Below, one piece after another: positions 10,968-23,103 of a DNA stretch of 64,000 nucleotides (position 1 is the first letter of the stretch; the number at the start of each line of letters is the position of its first letter). A program made the translations under genes and the position numbers. The DNA lies in contig JBCCYL010000010.1 of the NCBI GenBank assembly GCA_039189765.1, positions 50,577 through 114,576 on the forward strand, read 5' to 3'. Source of the DNA: Cyanobacteria bacterium P01_F01_bin.150 (GTDB taxonomy: Bacteria; Cyanobacteriota; Cyanobacteriia; CAKZMO01). The notes under the pieces were generated by a model. That model was given only the letters and a program-made list of their open reading frames with translations. It did no database searches and was not told the DNA's origin.

Positions 10968-10972
10968 AAACA

Positions 10973-10990
10973 GGGGTGACATTGCACCCC
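10973..10990. terminator. Hairpin between convergent hypothetical gene and prk
   Basis: GGGGTG-ACATTG-CACCCC, with an A run on the left that reads as a U tail on the minus strand. Confidence 0.5.
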
Positions 10991-11038
10991 CTCAATCACT
11001 TAGACTCGATTGCCTCTGTTACTCAGTATCGCAGTTGC

Positions 11039-12043
11039 TTAAACTCGCGCTGCAATCCGAGACCCAGCAGAAACCAACTTTTCATAAGTTGCACGCATCT
11101 TAAGACCAGCCAGAACTTGGAATAGACCAGTACCATTATTGGAGCCGGGATATTCTTTGCGCTTCAACAATAGCTCAGTCATCTCACCTTCGAAACGAGC
11201 GGATGTATTGCTGAGGTGCTGCTCTACATAAATCATCTCCTCAAGATTATCGAACTCTCCATCCACTTCCAGAACAGAAACTTCGTTACCCATGTAGGAG
11301 TCGGGACCGTAGAACATGCGAATTCCAGGGTAGGAACAAGTCAATTTACGGCCACAGGGAATCCAGTCAATAGTAGAGCCTTCGTCGAATAAATAAACGG
11401 GTTCAAATCCTTCAACACCTTCTTTTTGAATCAAACGAACGCGCAACACCTTGCGGTCCTTATCATCTTTAATCAAGTTTGTTGGCAGAACTTGAATAAC
11501 GATATCCGCATACTGCTTCTGAACATCAATATATGCTTCAAAGTCAGGTTTGCGGGCATTGATAGATGCCAAGATGTCTTCATAGCTGTGGCCACGCTCA
11601 GCCATGTCGCGCTGAATCTTCCACGCAATCTTAACTTCATCACTGATGTCTAGATAAACACTAAAATCAAGCAGATCGCGAACTCGCTCATCATACATAG
11701 GGTGTAATCCCTCAATGACGACGATATGATTTGGATCTACTCTTTCGGGAGGATCAATCTCCCCGGTCTCATGGTTGTAGATGGGCTTATCAATTGAAGT
11801 CCCACCTTTCAGCGTTTTAATCTGATCGTACATTAAGTCGAAGTTGTTGGCCTTGGGATTCAACGCCGTAACTCCCGCTGCTTTCCGCCCTTTGCGGTCC
11901 AGACTGTGATAATCATCCAGGCAAATTACAGTAATCAGCTCTTCGCCGAATAAGTCAGCGAGACGACGTAAAAAGGTTGACTTGCCACAACCCGAATCTC
12001 CGGCAACACCGATCAAAACTACCTTGTCTGGCTTACTGGTCAT
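11039..12043 (-). CDS. prk: Phosphoribulokinase
   Basis: GVAGDSGCGKSTF, CLDDYHSLDR, KIQRDMAERGH; start moved to ATG 12043. Confidence 0.98.
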   Translation of the reverse strand: MTSKPDKVVLIGVAGDSGCGKSTFLRRLADLFGEELITVICLDDYHSLDRKGRKAAGVTALNPKANNFDLMYDQIKTLKGGTSIDKPIYNHETGEIDPPERVDPNHIVVIEGLHPMYDERVRDLLDFSVYLDISDEVKIAWKIQRDMAERGHSYEDILASINARKPDFEAYIDVQKQYADIVIQVLPTNLIKDDKDRKVLRVRLIQKEGVEGFEPVYLFDEGSTIDWIPCGRKLTCSYPGIRMFYGPDSYMGNEVSVLEVDGEFDNLEEMIYVEQHLSNTSARFEGEMTELLLKRKEYPGSNNGTGLFQVLAGLKMRATYEKLVSAGSRIAARV

Positions 12044-12865
12044 TAGGCTCCCTCTATAAACAGTCCTGTGAACACAATGAATAAACACTCATTTACCCAA
12101 TCAAGTCTTGAGCATACTCAGAGCAGTAAGGTATACGGCTAAACCTGTAGACTCTGCAAATGGAACTACAGCAAACCTACACTGAATCCTGAGTTACCCA
12201 AAGCTTGCAAAAATCCCCAAACGTGAATAAGCCTGACACGATAGAAAGCGCGCAAGTATTATGAGTAAGGGCTCAATCAACACGTACGAAGTCATCAGAA
12301 CATAGCTCCCAATAATGGAATCAGTCCTCTGACTAGGTAATTAATACTAAGGATTAGCGTAAATCTTACCAGAACCCGATCCCCTGTCACAAGATTTGTA
12401 GCGATTTTGATTGCAGAGTGAGTCATTTGTGCTAAGAGGGAAGTGCTGTCCAATTCTAAATATGGTGTGAAGAAGAGATACGGTTCATCACACATATGAA
12501 AAATATGACAAATTATGTACCAGATGTACACACTCAGCTATGATGCATTGGAAGTAATGTTTAAAGTAAGTCATTGTGGATTTAATTTAGCTCAGAGTGT
12601 CTAGACTTACATATTTTTCTGTCCTTATGGGATGAAAGCGCTTATCGCCATAGGGCATTTGGTACTTTTATGCTCGGACTATGTAAATTATTAACAAAAA
12701 GTGTGTTTGTGGTGACTTGAACAAATTGCGAAGCTAAGCAATGCTAGCCTGATACAGGTTTTTTTAAGAGCTATTGAATCCTATCTTCTGATAAGGTTTG
12801 ATGGCTTGAGCATTAATTTAGTACACGACATTGTGTACGGCTCCATGAGTTCTGTAAGGGTTTGA

Positions 12866-14107
<1,242 letters not shown>

Positions 14108-14207
14108 TGCCTCTTCACAGCGATAGTCTAACTCTACTTGATGTGTTGTGACTATTGTCAGACCCCATCTTATGCCAGATAAGTATCTGCGCAAAAATAC
14201 ACTGATT

Positions 14208-14239
14208 AAACCCCTGGATTTTTAAAAATTCAGGGGTTT
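14208..14239. terminator. Palindrome, possible bidirectional terminator
   Basis: AAACCCCTGGATTTTTAAAAATTCAGGGGTTT between convergent petH and DUF2470. Confidence 0.6.
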
Positions 14240-14246
14240 CTTAGAC

Positions 14247-14531
14247 TTAGCGATTAGCCCCACGAGCTTGCTTGACCATGGCAATCAGAGTTTGGTGGGC
14301 ATCTTCTGAATCCTTAAGTTCATGGTCAAAGGCAATACGAATCGTTTGGTCTGCATCACTGGTTTGAACCTGGAGATCCATTCCTTGGGGATCGATTTTG
14401 AGCATTTGGGCTGAAACCGCTTCTGTCGTGTTGCCAAACGCTTTGGCATATAGAACGATGGCTTCGGCATGGTCATCGTTCATGTGAGTGCAAATGCGAT
14501 CGCTGATTTCTGGGGTAATAATGTCTGCCAT
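14247..14531 (-). CDS. DUF2470 domain protein
   Basis: SDRICTHMNDDHAEA...DAHQTLIAM; start moved to ATG 14531. Confidence 0.9.
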   Translation of the reverse strand: MADIITPEISDRICTHMNDDHAEAIVLYAKAFGNTTEAVSAQMLKIDPQGMDLQVQTSDADQTIRIAFDHELKDSEDAHQTLIAMVKQARGANR

Positions 14532-14675
14532 AGGTTTTAAACAATTATTGAGATAGTGTTTTAAGCGCTGCAAAGGATTCATGGTGCAAGCTGTGAAACA
14601 TTTAACGGGATTTTAGAATGCTTTACCCTGCTGCCTCCTGTCTCCTAAAAAACACAACGTGTTTCTTTCATTTTG

Positions 14676-14710
14676 AACGAATTGTGTCGGCGAGGCCGAC
14701 ACAATTCGTT
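14676..14710. repeat. Perfect 16-bp inverted repeat
   Basis: AACGAATTGTGTCGGC-GAG-GCCGACACAATTCGTT. Confidence 0.85.
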
Positions 14711-14743
14711 AGAGGCTCCTAAGAAACACTTTATGATCATATT

Positions 14744-14792
14744 GGGTATCAACTTGAGGTGGGTAGTGTGGGCGCGTCGCACCCACACTACC
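14744..14792 (-). repeat. Partial copy of the 80-bp element (right end plus hairpin)
   Basis: GGGTATCAACTTGAGGTGGGTAGTGTGGGCGCGTCGCACCCACACTACC. Confidence 0.85.
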
Positions 14793-14840
14793 ATTATTTA
14801 TACGTAAGCTGTGGAACAGAAAAAGGTTGGAGCAGAAAGT

Positions 14841-15641
14841 CTAGAGAATAAGTTCAGCTAACCCTAAATAGCGGATTTCTGTCGGGCTAATATCAAAGCG
14901 GCAGGGAAGCACTTCAACGCCTTGAGAGATTGCCTTACGCAATAGTTCACCGTAGGTCGGGTCTGCCACATCTCCAGGGGAAAAGCGATCGCAATCTCCT
15001 CTGTTAATGAAATACAGCATGACTGCCCTTGCTTCTGGAACCACATCTATTAGCTCTTGTAAGTGTTTTTGGCCCCTTGTGGTTACAGTGTCTGGGAAAA
15101 GCGCCAGCGTTTTATCGACCCAGGTGGTATTTTTTACCTCTACAAAAATCGGCTTATAAGCCGATTTTTGATTCGCTGCCTGAGGGATGTCGCCCGAAGA
15201 AAGCAAGAAATCAATCCGACTTTTCTTATCTTTGCCGTAGGGCACTTCTGGACGAATGGTTTCATACTCTCCCAACTCAGGAATTAGACGGGATTCTAAC
15301 ACTGATTTGACGACTCGGTTGGGTAAAGCTGTATTGACTCCAACCCAAATTGGGCCATTATCGTTTACTTCAATTAGTTCCCAAGTGTAGGCTAGTTTGC
15401 GTTTGGGATTATCGCTTTTGGATACCATGACCCGATTACCCTGAATATTTACACCCGTCATTGGACCTGTGTTTGGGCAGTGGGCCGTGATAGTTTCTCC
15501 GGACTCCAACTCAATATCGGCCATAAATCGCTTGTAGCGCTTAATCAGACGACCGGATTGCAAAGGCGGATAGGGATAGGACCAATCGTTGGAACTAGAT
15601 TTTGGCCCAAGGGATGTTGGTTTGCGTTTGGTTGATGCCAT
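14841..15641 (-). CDS. sfsA: Sugar fermentation stimulation protein A (PD-(D/E)XK nuclease)
   Basis: KRYKRF-AD, HCPNTGPM, SRIDFLL, VEVKN, FPDTVTTRGQKHL. Confidence 0.95.
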   Translation of the reverse strand: MASTKRKPTSLGPKSSSNDWSYPYPPLQSGRLIKRYKRFMADIELESGETITAHCPNTGPMTGVNIQGNRVMVSKSDNPKRKLAYTWELIEVNDNGPIWVGVNTALPNRVVKSVLESRLIPELGEYETIRPEVPYGKDKKSRIDFLLSSGDIPQAANQKSAYKPIFVEVKNTTWVDKTLALFPDTVTTRGQKHLQELIDVVPEARAVMLYFINRGDCDRFSPGDVADPTYGELLRKAISQGVEVLPCRFDISPTEIRYLGLAELIL

Positions 15642-15712
15642 AGTTAGATTCTGAATCAGGCCTCTGGAGCAGGCCAATGTATCTCTGAGCAGCTCTGTGT
15701 CATGCTATGGAC

Positions 15713-15913
15713 TTATGCTGCGATGGTGTAGCCAGCAGCAGCGATCGCATTCCGCACCACTGTATCTGCCGCTTTTGTTTTGATGGTCACCTGTTTTGTT
15801 TGAGTATTGGCATCAATTGCAGCATCAGCATCAATTGCTTGCACTGCTTTTGTAATGGTCTCGACACAGGCACTACATGCCATATCCGTCACCTTTAATT
15901 CTAAAGTGGCCAT
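15713..15913 (-). CDS. Heavy-metal-associated copper chaperone (Atx1/CopZ-like)
   Basis: MACSAC motif; 66 aa; ends AAGY. Confidence 0.9.
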   Translation of the reverse strand: MATLELKVTDMACSACVETITKAVQAIDADAAIDANTQTKQVTIKTKAADTVVRNAIAAAGYTIAA

Positions 15914-15954
15914 AAAGATTCTGTTCTCCTAAGGTTCTGCCCACCTATTATCGG

Positions 15955-15978
15955 AGGTTTCGCCTTAAATCGAAACCT
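15955..15978. repeat. Solo left end of the 80-bp element
   Basis: AGGTTTCGCCTTAAATCGAAACCT. Confidence 0.7.
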
Positions 15979-16029
15979 ATGGACTTGTAGTCTATCGCAA
16001 TTGCCACTCTGGTTAGGACGTTTTGAGTC

Positions 16030-16560
16030 CTACTGTAGGGAAGAACGTTTGAGATACTCTTGGTCGGTCATTAAATCAAGGGAAGATGCCACATGGTCCA
16101 GAAACACTTTTCCGTCTAGATGGTCCAACTCATGTTGAAAAATACGGGCAACAAAACCTGTTAGCGTTTGTTGCTGCTGTTGATTATGGCGATCGGTGTA
16201 TGTGACGGTAATTTCATGGTGGCGAGGGACAAGGCCTCTAATACCAGGAATACTTAAACACCCTTCCCAATCGTCAACAGTATGGTCTGAACGCTCAATA
16301 ATGTGCGGATTAATCATTGGGGTGGGTTCCATTTGAGGCGCATTTGGGTAACGAGCATTTGGGTGAGAGGCCACAATAAACAAACGATGGGATTCTGATA
16401 CCTGGGGTGCCGCAATACCGACGCCCTGGCTTTGATGCAAGGTAAACAATAAATCGTCAATGAGACGTTGAACCCAGTCCGCATGAACATCACAAATGGG
16501 TTCTGCAATTTGTCTTAACACAGGATTTCCTAGCTGTGCGATCGCTCTTTGTGACGCCAT
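16030..16560 (-). CDS. def: Peptide deformylase (second paralog)
   Basis: GVGIAAPQ, EGCLS, QHELDHLDG. Confidence 0.95.
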   Translation of the reverse strand: MASQRAIAQLGNPVLRQIAEPICDVHADWVQRLIDDLLFTLHQSQGVGIAAPQVSESHRLFIVASHPNARYPNAPQMEPTPMINPHIIERSDHTVDDWEGCLSIPGIRGLVPRHHEITVTYTDRHNQQQQQTLTGFVARIFQHELDHLDGKVFLDHVASSLDLMTDQEYLKRSSLQ

Positions 16561-16592
16561 ATTTTCCTCGCTTTAACGCGATCGTAAATTCA

Positions 16593-17312
16593 CTACTGGG
16601 TATTGCCTAGGGGCTGGTCAAAACTAATCGGACAGGCATCAGGGCTAGGAGACTGGGTTTGAATCGACACAGATGAATAGGTTTGAGTCGTTTCTAGCAG
16701 TTGGGATAGCACCGTAATAGCCCGTTCATTGGCTTGTTCCAATAACTGGTGATCACAGGCTGCATCAACTAAATCATCCAAGGTTTCTCGCTGAGCTAAG
16801 GTTTGCAGCTCAGCAGCGGCATGGGGACCCAAGCCCAAAAAACCTCGGTCATAGTCGTAGATTTGCGATCGCTCCACATCAATTTTTCGATCTAAAATTA
16901 CTGGAGGAGGAAGTTGAATTTGGACTGTGTCGCCTTGAATTGTTATGTTGTCCTGAGTTAACTGGCTCAGATCAAGGCCCGCTCTCACTTCTCCGTGGGC
17001 AATATATAAAAGCCGAGTGGTACCGATAACATAGGTTCCGAGGGTGCGATCAAGATGTGTGGGTACCACTGATTCCATTGATAAAACCGCCGTAGTTAAT
17101 TCACTTACTCCACGCACTTGTTGAAGGATAAGGGTTCGAGCATCAACTTCAGGTTCTGGTTGAGGAGCTTGAAACCAGGCAGTAATCGAACTCAATCGTT
17201 GATTCCACTGCTCTCCAGTACGCCATAGTCCAAGCAAACCAATCAATATCATGACCATGACACTGGAACGAACTAGCCACATTAAGCTATTCAACGGTTT
17301 ACCCATTAGCAT
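16593..17312 (-). CDS. DUF4230 domain membrane-anchored protein
   Basis: N-terminal TM; SELTT, GEVRAGLDLS, LPPPVI. Confidence 0.85.
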   Translation of the reverse strand: MLMGKPLNSLMWLVRSSVMVMILIGLLGLWRTGEQWNQRLSSITAWFQAPQPEPEVDARTLILQQVRGVSELTTAVLSMESVVPTHLDRTLGTYVIGTTRLLYIAHGEVRAGLDLSQLTQDNITIQGDTVQIQLPPPVILDRKIDVERSQIYDYDRGFLGLGPHAAAELQTLAQRETLDDLVDAACDHQLLEQANERAITVLSQLLETTQTYSSVSIQTQSPSPDACPISFDQPLGNTQ

Positions 17313-17346
17313 TGTCCTCTTGAGTCATCAAGATTATTTTGTTCTA

Positions 17347-17365
17347 GGGTATCAATTTTAGGCGG
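17347..17365 (-). repeat. Solo right end of the 80-bp element
   Basis: GGGTATCAATTTTAGGCGG, 18/19 identical to 56933-56951. Confidence 0.65.
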
Positions 17366-17491
17366 ATAGTGGGAGTTCCCTATTAAGGCATGGCTACAAC
17401 TGGAATGTTAGTCCATCGATGGGGAATTAAGGCGCTAAAATGTTAGATGTTCTGTTTAAATCTATTCTTCTCTTCATATTGTTTTTTACCT

Positions 17492-17836
17492 ATGTTGCTT
17501 AAATCAACAACTCGCCATATTCGCATCTTTAGTGCTGAAATTGTTAATGATCAGCTTGTTCCCAGTGCAGAGAAATTGACGCTGGATATTGATCCAGATA
17601 ACGAACTGAACTGGGACGATGATACGATCGGTGCCGTTCAACATAAATTTGATGAACTAGTGGATTCCTATGAGGGAGAAGACTTAACGGACTATAACCT
17701 ACGTCGCATTGGCTCAGATTTGGAACATTTTGTGCGATCGCTCCTTCATGATGGAAAGGTTTCCTATAATCTTCAGGGGCGAGTACAAAACTACAGTCTT
17801 GGGTTGCCGGTTGTATCTAAAGACGAAACAGTTTAA
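17492..17836 (+). CDS. ndhM: NAD(P)H-quinone oxidoreductase subunit M
   Basis: MLLKSTTRHIRIF, LDIDPDNE, YNLRRIGSDLEHF; start moved to ATG 17492. Confidence 0.96.
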   Translation: MLLKSTTRHIRIFSAEIVNDQLVPSAEKLTLDIDPDNELNWDDDTIGAVQHKFDELVDSYEGEDLTDYNLRRIGSDLEHFVRSLLHDGKVSYNLQGRVQNYSLGLPVVSKDETV

Positions 17837-17882
17837 TCATGTCAATGTTTTCTAATCCTGTGCTGGGCTCTAAGCCATCATA

Positions 17883-20800
17883 ATGATTCAATGCCCCAAC
17901 TACAGTTGCCAAGCTATAAGCGCTGAGGCACACCAATTTTGCCAAACATGTCAGGCACCAGTGCCGCGACGGGTTCTTTGGGCTGTAGGTTATCAGGCAG
18001 AAAAATTTAAGCCAGGAGCTGTCGTATCCGAGCGATATCTTTGTAAAGCGTCCCAAATTTTTTTGGACCTAAAGCCGGGTCTTCCACCTGGTACGCTCAC
18101 AGACATTCCATTTACGGTTCTACCCTACCTACGCCTAACGGCTCATCGTCTCCATCTTCCCCAAGTTTATGGATGGACTGACGGCACCTTGGCGTCAGGG
18201 GAGACGACACGGCTGATGTTTCTGGAGAATTCGGCCCTTTCGCCTCCCACAACCGATGGCAAGATTGAGCCTTCTATCCTGCCACCGTTGAAAGATATGT
18301 GGTCGTCGGGATCTGCCCTACAACAGCTTCACTGGCTATGGCAAATTGCCCATTTGTGGCAGCCTCTGGCGACTGAACACATTGCTTCGACCCTGCTTGA
18401 TCTAGATTTAGTTCGAGTAGAAGCATCACTTATTCGATTAATTCAACTCCATGTCCCGCAGTTTCATACTCCACAGTCTGCTGAAAGTGCTCCTCAACCT
18501 CGATTTCCTCAACTTGGTCAATGCTGGCAGGAGCTGTTGAAGGGGGCCAGACCTGAAGTTCAACCGTTTATTGAGCAAATTTGTCAAAAACTAATCGAGG
18601 GCTATTTCCAAGATGGCCAAGCGTTGGTAACGGCTTTAGACTTAGGATTGCAATCAGTTACGCAAGCTCACACAATTTTCTTAGGCACTGCAACTCAAAC
18701 AGATAAAGGACCCAGTCGAGCCAATAATCAAGATGCTTGTTTTCCGGCCAGCGGTAACGTGGGTCAATTAACCCTAACGCCGGGTTCCAATGTAAACCCA
18801 GGAGTAACTAAACCATTACCCGCTCCCCTGATTGTTGTTTGTGACGGCATTGGTGGGCATCAAGGGGGCGAAATTGCCTCTGCAACAGCCATTGAAGAGA
18901 TTACTGATACTCTCCAACCTCTGGAGCTATTGTCGGACGCAGAAGGATTCAACCCTTGGTTTATTCACGATCGTATTAATGTAGCGATTGCTCAAGCTAA
19001 CGACGCCATTAATCAACGCAATGATAGTGAGAAACGTCGGGAACGTGCTCGCATGGGCACAACGGTAGTGATGGGCCTCATTCATAATCATGAGTGTTTC
19101 ATCTCCCATGTTGGCGATAGTCGGGTTTATTGGATTACTCATGCTGGCTGTCATCAAATTACCCTGGATGACGATGTTGCGTCCCGTGAGGCTCGCCTTG
19201 GTTATGGAACCTACCGCAGTGTGCTGTACCACCCCAATGCAGGCGCTCTTGTGCAAGCGTTAGGCATGGGGCCATCTAAAAACCTTTACCCATCTGGGCA
19301 AAGGCTTATTCTAGGGGAAGAGGGAATTCTGCTTTTTTGTTCAGATGGCTTAAGTGATCAAGACTTGATTGAAACGAGCTGGTCCTCCATCCTGACTCCT
19401 TTGCTACATCTGTCCAAAACGTCTGCCGATAAAGAGCGAAAAAAAGTATTAGGGCATGTTGTCAATAATTTAGTTGAATTGGCCAATACCCGAAATGGCC
19501 ATGACAACGTCACGATTGGGTTGGTTCAATGGCACTCTCGTCAAGTAGATACTATTCAGATCCCCGATTTGGATGTTTTAATTCATGCTTACAATAGTCA
19601 AGCTGAACGGAATCTGTCAGCTATGGGTGAGCAAGGAAGCGACAATTCTCAGGATGATGATGATCCGCCCACTCAGCCCCCAGGAACTACAACTCTTTCT
19701 TTAACCCAGCTACTGGCTACGACTAGTCCCAATATCGAGGACGTTCGAGGACAAGAGAAACGTACGGCCTTCTCTAATGCAGTTCTCCAAGATGCCTCTT
19801 CTCCATTGATAGCAGACTCTCCTGAGCTTGGAACATCTCCATCTCCAGCATCAATCCCCTCAGAAGAGTTGGCTGGTTCAAATTCCCCCAGGAATGGTGA
19901 AGCCTGGATTTCTCCGTCTGCCACACGGGCAGAGTCTCGCAAATCCCCATTTTTGGCTGGCATTACTGTATTTATGGGTCTTTTACTTTTTTTGATCCTT
20001 GGAGGCGGAGCCGTGTACCTCACGATACCAGAAGTGAGCGACCGGATTAATGCCGCATTAGGCATAAACTCTGGCACCGCTGCCCCTGATAATTCACCTG
20101 TCCCATTACCTCCTTTTTCTCAAGGGGCAGAAGACTCAGATGAACGTCTGAACCGCCCCGATTCTTCTCAGTCAACATCGATATCTGATGGCGTGGACAA
20201 TAGCGTGGGAGATAACGATGAAGCGCTCACCATTGGGAATGTTCTCAATTTAAGACGAACCCCCCCAACTCTCCGTACCCTAGATGCTGCGGCAGTCGAG
20301 GGCCAAGGTAACCTGGAAGCCGAAAACGCAGTACTATTGCTGTTTGAGCAACCGCCTGAAGCCGGAATAATGGGAGGATTCACTGTGCAACATGAATCTT
20401 CATCAGTTGATCCTAAGCCCCAAATCGACGATTCACCAGGCAACGAGCAAGTTGTGGATGATTCAGCCGATAATTCAGCCGAGCTAGTCATCAATCCAGC
20501 TATTACTCCGATTGGAGTGGTACCCTGGGGGAGTATCTTACAAGTGCAAGAGACCTTCGAATTATCCTATGCCAACTCCTCAGCTCTCTCCTATGAGGAG
20601 GATGTGACCATTGTCTCCCAGCCTAACGAGTCTAATACTCGCAATGATGTCAATTTGGAAGGAAATGGTCAGGCGGAGGTTGATAATTTATCAGAATCTA
20701 GTGAAGATAGAGTAGGAGAACGATGGGTAAAGGTTCAGCTTTGCTCCACACCATCTAATACAATCGCTTTACCGAGCACGGAAACTGGGACAAGCATCCT

Positions 20801-20909
20801 GGCAGTTGGTCGTGTTGGGTGGATTCTAGAGCGACAGCTCAAAGAACTGAGCTATCTTGATAGGGATCAAGCATCACCGTTTAATGAACATTGTGCATCC
20901 GAACCTTAG
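17883..20909 (+). CDS. Membrane-anchored PP2C-type Ser/Thr phosphatase with N-terminal zinc ribbon
   Basis: CPNYSC..CQTC; VCDGIGGHQGGE, RMGTT, HVGDSR, CSDGL, GHDNVT; TM segment near residue 700. Confidence 0.92.
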   Translation: MIQCPNYSCQAISAEAHQFCQTCQAPVPRRVLWAVGYQAEKFKPGAVVSERYLCKASQIFLDLKPGLPPGTLTDIPFTVLPYLRLTAHRLHLPQVYGWTDGTLASGETTRLMFLENSALSPPTTDGKIEPSILPPLKDMWSSGSALQQLHWLWQIAHLWQPLATEHIASTLLDLDLVRVEASLIRLIQLHVPQFHTPQSAESAPQPRFPQLGQCWQELLKGARPEVQPFIEQICQKLIEGYFQDGQALVTALDLGLQSVTQAHTIFLGTATQTDKGPSRANNQDACFPASGNVGQLTLTPGSNVNPGVTKPLPAPLIVVCDGIGGHQGGEIASATAIEEITDTLQPLELLSDAEGFNPWFIHDRINVAIAQANDAINQRNDSEKRRERARMGTTVVMGLIHNHECFISHVGDSRVYWITHAGCHQITLDDDVASREARLGYGTYRSVLYHPNAGALVQALGMGPSKNLYPSGQRLILGEEGILLFCSDGLSDQDLIETSWSSILTPLLHLSKTSADKERKKVLGHVVNNLVELANTRNGHDNVTIGLVQWHSRQVDTIQIPDLDVLIHAYNSQAERNLSAMGEQGSDNSQDDDDPPTQPPGTTTLSLTQLLATTSPNIEDVRGQEKRTAFSNAVLQDASSPLIADSPELGTSPSPASIPSEELAGSNSPRNGEAWISPSATRAESRKSPFLAGITVFMGLLLFLILGGGAVYLTIPEVSDRINAALGINSGTAAPDNSPVPLPPFSQGAEDSDERLNRPDSSQSTSISDGVDNSVGDNDEALTIGNVLNLRRTPPTLRTLDAAAVEGQGNLEAENAVLLLFEQPPEAGIMGGFTVQHESSSVDPKPQIDDSPGNEQVVDDSADNSAELVINPAITPIGVVPWGSILQVQETFELSYANSSALSYEEDVTIVSQPNESNTRNDVNLEGNGQAEVDNLSESSEDRVGERWVKVQLCSTPSNTIALPSTETGTSILAVGRVGWILERQLKELSYLDRDQASPFNEHCASEP

Positions 20910-21076
20910 CCTATTGATAACGCTATGTCATCGATAGCTTAGAAATAAACGTCCTAGTTTGGAGTTTCTCTAGTAATAAGTATTATTGTTCTGGGATATC
21001 CGGGTCAGTCTAATGTCTAGTGAAATCCATAAGTAATGAATAATAGAGAAGCGTCGGTCTTAAAAAACTACTTTAC

Positions 21077-22720
21077 ATGCCTTTTTCTCGTGATCTGTGT
21101 CTGAGTGTTGCTATTCGCCCCCTAGATGAATCCGCTGGGCATTATGCGGTCTGGGTTCTTCATGCTCCATTTCCAGGGGGGTATGTTCACAGCGATCGCC
21201 CTTGGACAACCAATCTCAACTATACATGGCGCTCGTGGCAGGAAATGTTTTCTACCATTGTGACCGATCTGCCTGCTTTTGAACCGCCTGAGTCCTTCCC
21301 CTCATTGAATATGGAAGGCTCAGCTATGAGCTACAGTAGCCGAATTATGCAAGAGTTGGGCATTCATCTCTGGCAGTGGATTTTTGACGGCTCTATCAAA
21401 AGTAGTCTTGACCATAGCCAGGGCATTGCTACTGGATTGAGCAAGCCCCTACGGGTGCGTTTGGACATTCGCGATCCTAATCTAATTAATTTGCCATGGG
21501 AAATCATGCAGGGGGAGCCTGGCATTCAAGCGATGTCCTTGAGTCCTAATATTCTATTTAGCCGCACCACTACTGCGGTGGACATGCTCCCAAAACTACG
21601 TCCTGAGCAATCCTTAAGTGTCCTTTTGGTATTGGGCCAGGATGGCCACGAAAGCCCAGACAGCTCATACTATGCTTCTGGAGGTGTAGCGAGTGCTACA
21701 AAACTGAAACTTGAACAAGAAGCCCATGCACTAATCAAGGCTTTAGAGCGCTCAACGGGGGCTAATTTAAATCAACGGGGATTTACGCCTTTGGCTTCTT
21801 GTTCCGTAGATACCCTAGTTCAGCCAACACCGGCGGAATTGGCCACTAGGCTAGAGCGAGGAACCTACAATATGTTTTTCTATGCTGGCCATGGTTTACC
21901 AGGGCCAGATGGGGGATTACTCTATCTCAGGCCTGATGCTCGCATTAATGGTACAGAGCTGGCCCAAGTGCTGACGCGTTGCCAAATTAAGTTGGCGGTA
22001 TTTAATGCCTGTTGGGGGGCACAACCGGACCAAGATGTTCAGCAACAACCCATACCTCGTAGCAGCTTATCGGAAGTTTTAGTCCATCACGGGGTACCAT
22101 CGGTGCTAGCGATGAGAGATACGATTGCCGATGAAGAGGCTCTTAGCTTTATCAGTGCCTTTGCCCAAGCCTTGGTCGAGCGAATGCCCATTGACCGTGC
22201 CGTTGCCATTGCCCGTCAACAACTTTTGACCCTCTATAAGTTCAATCAACCCGCTTGGACTCTACCAGTTTTGTATATGCACCCTGAATTTGATGGTGAA
22301 CTTATTCGTCCTATGGGCAATGGGGTGACTGAAATTCCTGATCATTCGTCCACATGGCTGGGGCGTAAAGCGCCAGCCGCCTGCTTACGTCTCTTGGACA
22401 GTCCATCTCAACAATGGGCTATTCTGGCTGGCATGATGCGTGTTGGAACGTGGGACGGCAATGATTTAGTGTTACAGGGGGCAGGCATTTCGCGTAAGCA
22501 TGCCGAAATTTTCTATCGTGATTCAGTCGTTGATGAAGTGTCTAAACCGGCTTATTATCTGCGCGATTTCTCAAGATATGGCACCTTAGTGCTTGGCGAA
22601 GAAGGGTGGCAACGAGTGCACCATCGGGAAATTTCTTTATCTTCATCGACTCAGCTTAAATTTGGTAGTCATCGCTGTCAAACCTTGGAATTTTTCTTAG
22701 AAAGTTCACCCGATGGTTAG
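21077..22720 (+). CDS. CHAT (caspase/HetF-like) protease with C-terminal FHA domain
   Basis: LPWEIM, YAGHG (His) and FNAC (Cys); FHA-like ISRKHA...DFSRYGT. Confidence 0.88.
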   Translation: MPFSRDLCLSVAIRPLDESAGHYAVWVLHAPFPGGYVHSDRPWTTNLNYTWRSWQEMFSTIVTDLPAFEPPESFPSLNMEGSAMSYSSRIMQELGIHLWQWIFDGSIKSSLDHSQGIATGLSKPLRVRLDIRDPNLINLPWEIMQGEPGIQAMSLSPNILFSRTTTAVDMLPKLRPEQSLSVLLVLGQDGHESPDSSYYASGGVASATKLKLEQEAHALIKALERSTGANLNQRGFTPLASCSVDTLVQPTPAELATRLERGTYNMFFYAGHGLPGPDGGLLYLRPDARINGTELAQVLTRCQIKLAVFNACWGAQPDQDVQQQPIPRSSLSEVLVHHGVPSVLAMRDTIADEEALSFISAFAQALVERMPIDRAVAIARQQLLTLYKFNQPAWTLPVLYMHPEFDGELIRPMGNGVTEIPDHSSTWLGRKAPAACLRLLDSPSQQWAILAGMMRVGTWDGNDLVLQGAGISRKHAEIFYRDSVVDEVSKPAYYLRDFSRYGTLVLGEEGWQRVHHREISLSSSTQLKFGSHRCQTLEFFLESSPDG

Positions 22721-22877
22721 CGAAGCAGTGATCCATTGGTATGAACGATTTGGACGATTTATGATGTGGCTACTGCTTAAACAGGGCAACTTTGGCCTTT
22801 GTATCAAGAAAATCATGGCTGTGCAATCGCCCAAAATGCTCACTGTACAAAGTTTTTGTAAAAGTACTTCCTGATCC

Positions 22878-22897
22878 TTTCCGCAATTTGGCGGAAA
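22878..22897. promoter_or_regulatory. Palindrome TTTCCGC-N6-GCGGAAA
   Basis: 7-bp perfect arms; 16/20 identical to the reverse complement of 50912-50931. Confidence 0.45.
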
Positions 22898-23103
22898 TTG
22901 AAATAGATTGCGGAACCATGAAATATGCTTGTGTAGGTACCCATGTCAGACTAAATTAAAAATCGGCAATCAGTAAAGTGACAGTTTTGAAAGTGTCTCC
23001 TACTTGCATAAAACTGAATCACGCAGCGTTCTCCCCCAGCGTCGTCGATTAGAGTAGAAAACTGTGTGAACCATTTAATTTAATCCCAGGAGTATCAATC
23101 AGC

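Noticed and set aside
12295..12531. 78-aa ORF in the prk-petH intergenic region
   Set aside because: No recognisable motif; lies in an AT-rich divergent promoter region
12515..12700. NtcA boxes upstream of petH
   Set aside because: Candidates have the wrong spacing (GTA-N7-TAC, TGT-N9-ACA) or a mismatch (GTG-N8-TAC); not supportable
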